A stretch of 61,962 bases of DNA, filler included, from Streblomastix strix (Eukaryota), in assembly GCA_008636045.1 (NCBI GenBank). It is 3 parts of 3 records of this genome, joined end to end, with 100 filler letters (N's around TTAATTAATTAA, not from the genome) between each part and the next. Parts side by side here need not be neighbours in the genome. Positions count along the whole stretch, not along the records: positions 41,389 to 61,962 come from SNRW01000428.1; 2 more parts are not named here. One strand, 5' to 3'. Shown here one piece after another: positions 41,550 through 53,789 of this stretch; within the stretch, counting starts at the first letter, position 1; every line of letters begins with the position of its first letter. The position numbers and the translations under genes are program-made. The notes beneath the pieces are model-generated. The model had not been told where the DNA came from. It did no database searches and worked only from the letters and a program-made list of their open reading frames with translations.

Positions 41550-43478
41550 ATGGGAAACAGACCATCTTCCTCAAGAATAGAACCAGTCTCAGAAGACATC
41601 ACCAAAGATTAATCCATATGGTTAGAACCTCAGCAAGCTTCAACTGCTGAAATTAAAAAGTCATGTAGGCTCGGGTTAGACAATACTTTATTTTTAATAA
41701 ATTTCTTTATCTTAATTTGCTTTATTTGATTTTATTGGAAAGAATACCTCCTTAATATCGTGCCTAAACTTGGGCATTTCTTCTTGGAGCTGATGTAAAA
41801 CAAGAATAACATAAAGGATAATTTTAAAAGTATATTGAGAAGTCACAGAGAATTTCCGAAGAAATATAAAGTGCTAAAGAATAAAGTATAACCAAACGAA
41901 GCCTGTAAATGGATGGAGAAGTAATAAAAAGAGATGTCAGAGATTCATTTGAAGTAATTGAATGCGACCTTCCCAGAACATTCCCTGAGATGGAAAGGTA
42001 CTTGTTTTTGTATTATTTTATTATTTTATATTTTATATTAAATAATTACAGATTTCACAATTCAGATTTTATTAATAAAATGAGAATAGTTTTACAATGT
42101 TACGCTTTACACAATCCATATATTGGCTATTGCCAAGGAATGAATTTCGTTGTTGGATTAGTTATGATTGCATTCTAAGAGAAATCATAATTCGATGTAG
42201 GTCATAAATATAGGTAAAAGAAAGGAAATAGTCCTGAAAAATAATAAGAAAGAGAATTCGCAGATCTTGAACTTGCATTTTGGACCTTTTGTGGCATATT
42301 TGATACTGTATTTGACTTATAAAACGAAAACTAAATCGATAATACAAACTAAACTGACAATTCTACATAAGATTTGCAATAATCACAAACATCTTAATAA
42401 ACAACAACACAAAGCAAAATAATAATTCGTTAATATCACACAAGATCAATGGAAGATCTTAAAGTCGATCTGAGAGTAACTGAATCATTAATCAAGAAAC
42501 ACATACCAATATTTTATAAATTCGTAACTGGAGATGAATAAGAGGAATAAAATAAACATTAATTATCAAAATCATAAGAATTATATTAGATTTAATATTT
42601 ACGTGATACGGTTGAAAGTTTGTTATTCATTTTTCATTATATTGCATTTCTATTTTAATTTTATTGCATTCCTATTTTAATTTTTTCTTTTATAGTGTAA
42701 TTTTATATAATGGAGTTTTTCTTGACAATATTTGCCAAATGTCTGCCCAAAGAAGTAGTTTTCAGGTATTTATCATACCATATTTATTATTAATATAACT
42801 TATAACTCTCTATGTATATTCATTATATATTTTTATTTCAATATTAGAATATGGGATGTCCTCTTTTCAGAAGGTGAGAAGATTCTCTTCCGTGTTTGTA
42901 TTGGGATTATCAAATATATTTAAGTATGGGATTTGAGAAAGTGTTTGTTTATTAAATATTTAATGAAAGAAAATATATATACCTACTAAAATTATATTTG
43001 AAAAATATAACATTCATATAATTATTCTATGATTTTTATATTATTATTTCATAAGGATGATTATATCTCCATAATTAATGGTGAGAAAGAATTCATCCCA
43101 AATTAACCAGCATAAAAATAAGCATAAAAAGATTAAAACAAATCTAATAATGAATTAACCATATAAAATGATTAAGATTAGTCAAATAAAGAGAATGTTT
43201 AACTTGAATATTAGTAAAACTAAAGTAGCAACGTTGATACTAATACAGATAAATAAATCAATAAAAATAGACTATCAACAACATAAACACAATAATACAA
43301 ATCGTCAATCAGCCTATTCAAATAACTCTGCTTATAACTGACAGATGCAGATAAAATACTGAAGTTAGGTTTTGGGATCAGAAATTTTTCGAGGAAGAAA
43401 ATTCAGAAGATGAGAATAAAATATGAGAAGAGAATAATTGAAGAAGATGAACAGAGAATGAATAAAAGAGGCAAATGA
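41550..43478 (+). CDS. TBC-domain Rab GTPase-activating protein
   Basis: GIPPQYRAQTWAFLLG, IECDLPRTF (Arg finger), GYCQGMNF (Gln finger), AFW, IWDVLFSEGEKILFRV; TGA 43476-43478. Confidence 0.92.
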
Positions 43479-43646
43479 GAGGAATAATGAGAAATGTCGA
43501 TAATAGTTGTTACAATAACCAACGAGATTTGATTAGAAGTTCATGTTTTATATAATGACAGTAACATTCAAGCGTTATATGTTGATAAGTTGATTCTCAA
43601 AACTTGAACTGAATTATAAGATTTTATAATTTAAACACACTGCTAC

Positions 43647-45488
43647 ATGAATATGAGTAGTGACGTTGTTGCTGTTTATATTTATAATATATTAACAATA
43701 AATATATTTAAATAAATAAACAATTCATAACGCTTCAAGTAAGAACAATTTTTTAAAGAAAAACTTGTTTTACGAAGAATTTTGCTTGAATTTCCACATA
43801 TTTTAGGTGAAAATTTCTCTGAATTTATATACTCATTACTATACAATCATCATTTCTATTCAATTACCTTATTTTCTGATGTAAAGATCAAAATATATTT
43901 TTTTTATTAAATTCAGTGCAATTTTCTTAATTTCTTTTTCCATCAATATTTTTTTCACATATATTACATTATTTAATAGCATTATTTAGAAACGAACCTA
44001 TTTACATTGCTGAAATCAATTTCTGAATGTGGAACAGGAAATAATTATCATGGAATTGTTAAATAGTTTATTACCATAGTACATCAGCTTGAATATGATG
44101 AATTAATAGCCAATATAAACACACAATTGTGTATTTAAATAAAAAATTAAATTGGAGAAGGAATAAATCTTATTTAATGAGAGATATTGAAAATCTTAGA
44201 GGAAATTGCTGAACTTGGAGTTGAATAGACTTTAGAAGAAGAGAGAAACATATTTTTTGATGTGCTTTTTTAACAAGGATTAATTTAATTAATAGAAAAT
44301 ATTTTATTAAAAGAATTTAAAAGATGGGAGAAGAATAAACTAGATAGTACGCAACATTAATTTATTTAACTACTCTCATAGACTTTAATGTTTATGTGCA
44401 AAAGTTGTTATATTAAGGAAGAAGTTATCATAATTTTGGAAGAATTCATCAAATTTAATATTATAAAGATTTTTAAACAAGCAAAAGAAAGATAATTAAC
44501 AGAATAATAGAATATAATAAAGTTTTAATAATAAAATAAATTTGAATTTGAATTAGAAATGAAGCAATTATCTAAATTATTGAAAGGAATGATAGGACTG
44601 ACAGAAAATTGGGATAATTATCATCATTTTGCATATAATTATAAACTTTATTAATATTTTTCACCTTTAATTCATATTAATTGTCCATAGAATCTGAATT
44701 GTCCTAATAATTTGATATTAAATGAAACAGCTTCCTCTTTAGAATTGTAATCAAATATTATAAGAACATTGTCTGTTTTTGAATATTAAGAAGAATCATT
44801 ATTAAGTCATTTTACTCCAATAGTTATTAATTTTGTATGCAATCTGTCTAATAAAAGCAAAATAATAAAATAAACACATTAGAACTCGATAATAACCACA
44901 CTAGATATTATGTCATAGAATTATCATACTGCAAGTGCTCTTATATTGCTCTAAAAACATCTGAAATATGCTGAAGAAAGATGCCACACTGCAATATACA
45001 CACCAGAATTTGTTACATCACTGATAAAACTATTCGGAATTGAGGGAAAGGATTATTATAAACAAAATAAATAGAATGAAAATTTTGAAATTAGAATTAA
45101 CTGCCTTAGATGTTTGAAACATTTGTTGTTTTGTGCTGATGAAAAGATTTTTAAAATGATGATAAATGAATGGAATATAATTAAAGTAATAATTGAAGGG
45201 CTATATCGCTGTGGCGAGAGTGAGGAATAGAATTGTTTTATTATTCAAACTGCTTTAGATACTATAAAAATTATCATCAAATGTAGGTGTTCAAGTTCAT
45301 AAATTACCCAAAATAAACAATTAATTATAAAAATTGTTAAAGATATCATTGAAGAAAATGGGGGAATAGAAGAAATAGATTCAAAAATTTATCATGGATT
45401 AATAAATAATTGCATTTTAGTCAGGGATTCAGCTGATGAAGCAATGAATTTGTTTTTATTACCTTATACTGATAGGTCGAACTAATGA
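43647..45488 (+). CDS. Helical/ARM-like hypothetical protein with one in-frame TGA
   Basis: ATG 43647, phase-0 intron 43881-43979, TGA at 44178-44180, then 435 open codons (IEENGGIEEID near end) to TGA 45486-45488. Confidence 0.6.
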
Positions 45489-45636
45489 TTATTATCATTA
45501 ATACACCAAGTTAAATTAATATTTATATCCATTTGAATAAACAAATTATACATAAAAAACGAAGAAACAATACTTAATACCACTCGAATGTTTATTGTAA
45601 ATTTTATACTCTTATAATTGTGTCTGAACATAGTCA

Positions 45637-47800
45637 TCAGCGCGCAGCAACAATATCATCAATGCGAAGTATCTATCTGACAGTCTCAGTAGCGAGTGTA
45701 ACAGCAGAGAGTGTTACTAACAGCGGCTGCACAACCTTCAACTACACCATATCACCAACACCAAGACGCCTCATATTGATGCCAGTCCTCTGACCAGCCA
45801 ATTTATCCTCAGCTGAAACATTAGTTTTTCTGCCCATTGTGTGAGCAGCGCGTAACTGAGTGAGTATTGATATAGGGTTCATTCCTGCATTCTCAGCAAG
45901 TGTTAGTGGAATGGCTTCTAGTGACTCAGCGAATGCACGAATACAAACTGAGTCTAATCCGCTTAATTCCTGCTTCAAATCCAGAGTCCCAACACCCCTG
46001 GCTAATTCTTCCAATCTCACAGCTAGCTCAATTTCACATGCACCACCTCCTGGAAGTAGGAAAGGTTGCTTAACAAGTGATCTTGCAACACACAAAGCAT
46101 CATGAAGGGATCTTTCTGCTTCTTCAAGGAGGAGTTTGTTTGGTCCACAACAGATGATGCATACGGGTCTGGGTCTTGTATGTACTACACCATTAGTTGA
46201 TGATTCTTTCTCTTTCTCTATTTCTTCTAATTATACCCCTGTGAACTTCACATACGAAGCAGAATGTGATGATGTGACTTCTTCAACTTTTTTCGCTTTT
46301 CCCAAAACGCGCTGTTTGTTCTTCTTTCCAACATCAGTCTCTTATTTAACACCTTTCTTCTCATTCTCAATTTCATTAGCCAACTGATCCAACTACTCAA
46401 GAGACGCAATTGGAAGACAGCCCAAAGCATCGCATACAAATGGGACCTCATCTCTCTCTACTTCTTCAATGACCATAACATTCAGTTTGGCCAAATAGAA
46501 CTTAGCCATTGAATCCAGAGCATCACGTAGGATAGACTTCTACACTAAGAGTACTGTTATTCCACATGCTTTGATCTTCTTGCATATGTCTAATATGTAT
46601 CTTCTTTCTCTCTCAACAGTTCTTCTCATGTCTTCACTTGTTCCAACTGTGACTGTTGAATCCATGTCTGTCTTTGGGGGTGAGATGCAGAATTGAATTA
46701 AGCCAATTACGGCATCATTGATGCTGGTTGGTGCCTGTGGTGTATTAATATATAAATGATTAAGATATATTATTTGAATTAATTAATATATATGTTAAAT
46801 ATATATTATTCAAATTAATATAAACCTTTGGTTGATGTGAAACTTATCTTCCCAATGCGAGTCCCTCATCCAATAAATAACTCTCTTCAACAGGAGCACC
46901 AAGTTGTTTAATGATCTATTTAATATAATATATAATATATATACAATATCAATAAATAAGTATGATTTATGAATATTAATGAATGATTATTATTATTACT
47001 AATCAATTACAAACCTTAACTCTCCTTAGATCTGCATTGAACAATGGAGCAGAAGTTGTTGTATGAGCTGCACTATCTGGTCCCATTCTTCCTTATTGTC
47101 CTTGATATTCAACTATTGATAATACTGCATCTACAGATATCTTAGCTAGTTACTCTGCATTGGAACTTACAATCTTTTAGGGAATAGAATGAAGATATTG
47201 TGATAATATTTAATTGTATATTCAAACCTTTGAGCTAAGTGACGTGACACAGTTTTATACCATGATGTCCTTATCACGAATGTCAATTGGAACTGCTATG
47301 CTTCTCAAAATCTACAAATTGAAATAATAATATAAAATTAATCTAATACAAAACAATAACTTTCAAACTGGTTCAACTTATTCGACTGCAAGACCAAATG
47401 CTTTTGAAATGGCATTTGGGTGTAATCCTTTCTTAACCAAGCGTTGTGCAGCTTGTAGAAATGCGCCAGCTATCACAACAACAGATGTAGTTCCATCGCC
47501 AGCTTCAACATCCTGGGAATGCGACATTTCAACAAACTTGGGGAAAATTATGAAAAATAATTCAAATTATATAAAAGAAGAATATAAATAAAATCACACC
47601 ATCTTATCCATGCCACGAGGACCAAGGCTTGTTCTAATTGTGTCAGATATGCCTGTATTATAAAATTAAATATATTAAAGTGAATTAAAATTAAAATCAA
47701 GAGAAAATCGACACAAACCGATTGAAGCAAGCATGTTGCTGATCAGAACGTTCTCTGCTTTAGAACTTTTGTCTGCCCCAGATTATTGAAGCTCAGCCAT
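45637..47800 (-). CDS. CCT4: Chaperonin CCT/TRiC delta subunit, divergent, lacking the TNDGATI segment
   Basis: IRTSLGPRGMDKM, QDVEAGDGTTSVV, IGLIQFCISPPKTDMD, VQKSILRDA, EEAERSLHDALCV, VVQPLLV..TLATETVRQILRIDDIV; ends TGA TGA. Confidence 0.9.
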
Positions 47801-48284
47801 CTGTAGTTCATAAATAAAGTAAATATATTTTAAATTTTGCATTACGAAAGATAAATGAGCATATTTAATGATTGGCTAAATCATTGCCAGTTTTTGTGTT
47901 GGATATGTAAAATATATATTTAAATAACAAAAAATAATACTTTAAATTTGAACGAAATCTCAATAAAATTAAAAATTTAGAAAAAAGTGTTTTTTATGGC
48001 AAGAAAAATTGAATTCTTTTCAAACTTGATTTCCAGCGAGTAGAAATAAATATTTTCAATATAGTTTTAATCAACAAAACCAAATAATTAAAAATATGCA
48101 TGATACTGAGATTCAAAATGGTAATTATTTGAGAAAATGACTGGAAAAATAATTTCAAATTTCAGCTTTCCAAACTTATATTTTGAGGTGTATATGATTT
48201 ATTATAGAAGTATTAAAATCAGAGCAAAAAAATAAAATGATATGTTGGAAATAAAAATAATAACTGCTTGATATAATATTAATA

Positions 48285-48800
48285 AAAATGTCTCTAAAAA
48301 GAAGCAATACAAATATAACATGTGGTGAACTCTCATTATTAAAATGAAATTATGATTAAAATGACAAAAAACTATTAGATTAACATAGTGTTTATGTTAA
48401 ATTATTAAAAAATAATAATTGATTGATACTGTTAAATAAAATACAAATAGATAAAAATCTCTCTAAAAAGAATTAAATTAAACATAAAATGTGTGGTGCT
48501 CTCATTTAAAAAATGAAATTATGATTAAATTTACAAAAAAACTATTAGATTAACATAGTGTTTATGTTAAATTAGTTAAGAATATAATAACTGATTAATA
48601 CTGTTATATAAAATACAAATAGATAAAAATCTCTCTAAAAAGAAAGAAAGAAGATAAAGATTGTGTGGTGCCCTCATTGATAAAATGAAATTATGATTAA
48701 AATGACAAAAAAACTTTTAGATTAACATAGTATTAATATTAAATTATTAAAAAAATATAAACTGATTATAATTAGATATTTAAAATATACAAATAGATAT
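48285..48800. repeat. Three tandem imperfect units of about 170 bp
   Basis: aaaatgaaattatgattaaa at 48341, 48510, 48682; shared tgtggtg..ctcatt, tagattaacatagt, atacaaatagata. Confidence 0.9.
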
Positions 48801-48858
48801 TTAAAAATACTAAAGGAAAAAAACATCTCTATAAGATTAATTTATATATTTCAGCTCA

Positions 48859-51372
48859 TCAAATTTATGAATTATTCTAATCATCTTTTATTTGTCCATC
48901 ATCTTCATCATTTTCTTTTTATTTTTAAGTTAATTTTAACTATTGAATATCTCTCTTTTTAAAAGGATTTTATTTGAAAGGTGGTAATGAATGATTTGAT
49001 TCATATTATTCTTTATACTTTTTGATAATTTCAATTTCAAGTATTGTTTGAGTTGTAGGACGCTTTATATAATCCTTTTTAATAACAAAAATAAAAATTA
49101 ATAATATAAAAATTTTATATAAATTAATAAAAAAAAATTTTTATATAATTTAACAAAATAAATATTAATTATAAATTAATTATAATACTGAACTTATCAT
49201 CGCATTTACAAGCTTTTTCAATTCAGCTGGGACCCAATCAGGCAATTTTTCAGAATCGTCATTCCTTATTCTTTCAATCATTGCTTCGGCAGACTCAGCT
49301 AAAAATGGATGTTTTCCTGTGATAAGTTCAAAAATTACGACTCCCAATGCAAATATATCACTGCAAAAGTCCATCCTAAATACATCAATAAAAATAAAAT
49401 GAAGATATAATTGATTAAGTTTAAAAATTTATATAATTCTTAATTGCATTTTATTTCATACTTTTTCATTGCAAAAACTTCGGCAGCCATATAGACTCTG
49501 TAAGTATGCAATAAATGAAAATTATTAGAAAAGAAAATTGAAATAAAATTGAATTGAACTAAAAAAATGAATAATTGAATAATAAATATATAAACTTAGT
49601 TCCTTCTGCTTTTGCATAATAATCTTTATCTTATAATTCTTTTGAGAGGCCAAAATCTCCTGCAGAAAAATTAATTATATTAAAATTATGCAATAAAAGA
49701 AATGTAGGTTATAACCCAATTTTATTGTATTATCTTTCATTAAAAAGATGTTTTCTGGTTTAATATCCCTGAAATTAAAATTGAAATAAATATCAATATA
49801 AATAAATAATATAAATAATATAATAATAATTATATCAATAAACCGATGCACCACGCCATGTGAATGTAGATGGTCTAGAGCAAGGATAATCTAAGCAAAA
49901 AGCTACCACACTCTCTAAAATTCAAAAATGAATATATATAAATAAAAAATGTGAAATAAAAAAAAAAAAATCACGCATTCAATCGTTCTTCATTTGTAAG
50001 TTTCTATAGATCATCAATAACCTTTCTTAAATCTCCACCTTCACAATATTCCAAAATAAGACATAAATCAGTTTCATGAGGGAATGACCATATAAGCCGT
50101 ACCTATAAAAAATATATGATAATAATAATTTTTCAAATTAAATAAAATAAATTGAACTAACAGTGAATTAAGAAGCTAATCTCTCCATAGTAGCTACCTC
50201 TTCATCAGCTCTCATTTTATCTGAGAATTCAAGATAATCTACACGCTTCATTACAAATAATTCTCCTGTCATCTTTCGCTTTACAAGAAATGTCTTACTC
50301 ATTGCTCCGGCACCAAATTTCTTTATTATTTAATCTAAAGAAGTAAAAAATGAAAAAGAATAATAAAAATAACGCATAATATAAATAATAAAAAAGAAAA
50401 TTGTATACATCCATCATATTCGAGATATTCTGGCTTTTAATTTATTCTAATTTAATTATGAAATGGTTAATAACTGCCTTGAATTTTAACCTGTTTGTAA
50501 GGTATTTCAAAAGGTGTAGAATATTATATATAATGAACTTATTGTTAATAATTTGGCCATCTTTAAGAAATTATTGGAGGAATATATGATGAACCGAATT
50601 ATTATTGAAAAGGAGGTTATATTAGAGGAATTTAAAATTAATTGTTTTATACTGGAGGAAATATCGGCTGGTTGAAGATAGGATAGATTGGATTATTATC
50701 TAAAGTCGGTTTTATTGAAGAAGTACTTTTCTATACTTCAGTTCCATTACAAATTTCTCCTTCATTTTTCAACTCTAATTATATAATCTCAACCATTTTC
50801 TTCATGTTATCTTATTCTAATAATTTCTTTAATAGGCCGATTTTCTTATTCTTCATGGTTATTATATTCTATTAATATTAAAAAATTTATTCTTGAAAAT
50901 CTCTTATCGTTTATTCTGATTATTTTACATATGAATTTGGTTCAGATTCGGATGGTTGTATTACAGTTTTGGATTTCAGTAAAGATGTTTATATTTCATT
51001 CAAAGGACTGTCCTATGTAATAGAATCAGATGAATTTAGTTTATCTTCAGGTTTTTCTGGTATAATTTGTTCAATCTATTGTACGGCTGTTTGATCTAAC
51101 AAATCAGTTCCAGTTCCAATTTCTGATGTTGAAATGCTTGTTTATGAAATTGAATTTGATAGAATTTTGTTTTCTAAACTTGGAGGTGGGCATTTACGAA
51201 GCTTACCCCTTGGAACTTTACCAATCTATCCACCTTTATCAACTGTAAACCAAACAAGTTCTTTTTTGATTATTTTGACTATTTCTCCTTTTGAAATTGG
51301 AAGAAATTGAGAATCGCCTTCTTGACCAGTATAATCAGAAACAACTTCAAAATATTCAACTTGAGTAGTCAT
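48859..51372 (-). CDS. SH3 domain + NEK-like Ser/Thr kinase
   Basis: SH3 EVVSDYTG..ISKGEIV..WF..GKVP; kinase FGAGAMS, VMK, EYCEGGDL, HRDIKPENIFL, GDFG, GTKVYMAAE, SDIFALG, KRPT; ends TGA TGA. Confidence 0.88.
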
Positions 51373-51430
51373 TATATAAATATAATCTAAATAATTAAAG
51401 ATAAAATATAAAAAAGTAATAAATTATTTA
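50995..51430. repeat. Duplicated SH3 5' module, copy 1 (copy 2 is 8600 bp downstream)
   Basis: Long identical stretch ttcattcaaaggactgtcctatgtaatagaatcagatgaatttagtttatcttcaggtttttctg and collinear similarity past the ATG. Confidence 0.92.
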
Positions 51431-52074
51431 TTAAAAGACATAATCGGTACATAAAGAGAAAAAATATCAAGAATGTTTAAAATGACTTAAATTGTAAGAA
51501 TTAAGAGTATTTTAAGGAATATAAGTTTGATTTCGCATTTAAATGCTCACCTAGAAAAAAAATCTGTAATTTTAGTGTTTGGGAATTAATATATGGTAAA
51601 TGTTTATAATATGAATATATTATGATGTGAAATATATTTATAGATACAAATATGATCAATTTTTGCAAATTAAATCTATATTAAAGAGACAAAATTAAAA
51701 AATTAAAAAGAGCGTTACAACTTTTAGCACAAGGGTGTTCTTTTAATAATATTGTTAAAATAAATTTAAATGCATCATTATCAATGATTTAAGAATGCAA
51801 TCAAGTTCATACTGCTTCAGGTGCGGGATTATTAATGAATTATAAAAAATTTAATATTTTTTTTACATTTGCAAATCACTGATTAATAATAGAATAAAGT
51901 CTGCCAATTTTATCAATTTGTTTCATACTGTACATTACGCTATATTTGGTACAATTTAATGTTAAAATTAATAAGAATATTAAATTGAAAATGAATGAAC
52001 AAAATTCACAAAAAAAGAAGACTGATAAAAGATATAAATCTTAATATCTTGAAGAGTTCTTTACTTCTTCTAAA

Positions 52075-53093
52075 TCATGGTTTCCAACTCATCCTAGCTA
52101 CCAACTCTGATGGCTTAGGAAGTGGTTACATAATCTCTCCTTTCGAATTTTTCCCATTTCCAACTCCGACTTTAGTGAAATCAGGTTTTGGGTATTTCGA
52201 ACGCAATGATCCATATACTTTTGGAAAGTCAATAGCCTCATGAGGACATTTGTTGAAGCATCTGCAACACCCAAGACAAGAGTTAATATCCCATTCTGGG
52301 AATCCTGTGCTTCCAAACTTGATCACATCATATGGACACACTTTTACACATGTTCCGCATTTCACACATTTTGATTCATCAAGTTTTGGTGGTCCTGTTA
52401 CATTCAATGTAGAAAGTTGTTATGTGTAATCAATGTTTGTGATCAATTTGAACTCAACACCCTTCAATTCTGGATCTTTCAATGATTAACCCAATTAATT
52501 TGCAAATGGATCAATCTTGATAATCTCATTATCTTAATCCCAGGCGTCAAGATATGGTTTAGGGGGTTAGATTGCTGCAAAATTATCAGGTGCAATTAAA
52601 TTGAGATGACCTAAATAGAATGCATTCGGTGCACGTCTGTTGATTATTGTTGCTAGTATATCACTAATATTATTTTGCGCACCTCCGCAAGTAGTATATG
52701 AGAAAAAGAATTTAAGATTGGTGAATAAATCTGGAGCAAGGACTTTAATATCGAAAATTTCCTCGAATCCAAATCCAGGGAGATAAAAAGATATAAAACA
52801 CCCCAATCCTAATACATCTGTTTGAGCAAGTTAGGATCTTAGCTCCTAAAGTTCTTTGCAATCTAAAATCCTAATTGGAGATTCAGATTTTTTATCTCGA
52901 CCTGAAAAAACATAATTAAAACAAAAATAAATAAAATTATTTATAAAATACCTAACTTTGCTGCTTTAATCAGCTAGGCAGCATCAACGAATGTTATAAT
53001 GTGACCATATTGTTCTTTCAAAACTTTTCCAATGCTTTCAGCCACAAAAAGTGTATTTCCAGACAGTGAATAGGTTATAAAGAGAATGTGCAT
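52075..53093 (-). CDS. Flavodoxin-like + 2[4Fe-4S] ferredoxin fusion (EFR1-like architecture)
   Basis: YSLSGNT FMN-loop, TCGG, PDN, then CVKCGTCVKVCP and CLGCCRCFNKCP; one intron; TGA 52075-52077. Confidence 0.88.
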
Positions 53094-53789
53094 GAAAACT
53101 GAATTCTTTTAAAAAAAAATATTATAAAAAAATGTTATTCATTATGTTTTGACTATAATTATTTACAGTAAAGTAAGATTTTATATTAAATAATTATAAA
53201 ATTGCAAATAAAGACATATTAGTGGCGAAAAATAGAATTTTCAATTTCTTCGCTGAAATTCAGTTAATATAGTGTTGGTGGCTGATTTTAATTATTTTTT
53301 TAATTAAATTATAATTAATTGTAATAATGATATAATAATATTGTTAACATGCAACTTGAATAACGAATTATTAACTTTCCAAATTTTGAGTTTTATTTCT
53401 CCCAACTTTGAGTTATAACAATATAATCTTCATATTAAGGGATGGATGAATATGAAAAATGATTTTCGAATTAAGATTTTAAGTGTTATAACAATTGATA
53501 AGGATAAACATAATAGATCAGTTAATGTTTGAAATAATTTTGAGAAAGAAATAAAAGAAAAATTGTAATAAAATGTTGTGAAATGTTGTTTCATGAGTTA
53601 TATTTTGTTTATTTCATATTAAGTTGTTGAATAAATTAGGATAATTAATTAATTATGACTTATATACTAACAACGACTTCATGAGATTTTCCATATCTTT
53701 TTCTTTTACTATCATATCTTCATTTCTATTCATCAATTTTCATTCTTAAATTATATTAGTTTTCAATATTTTTCATCTACTTACATTAT

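Noticed and set aside
22244..45488. Selenocysteine reading of internal TGAs
   Set aside because: No redox motif context and no SECIS recognised in the short AT-rich 3' regions; not formally searched.
48285..48800. CRISPR-like array
   Set aside because: Whole units are homologous with no unique spacers; eukaryotic context, no cas genes.
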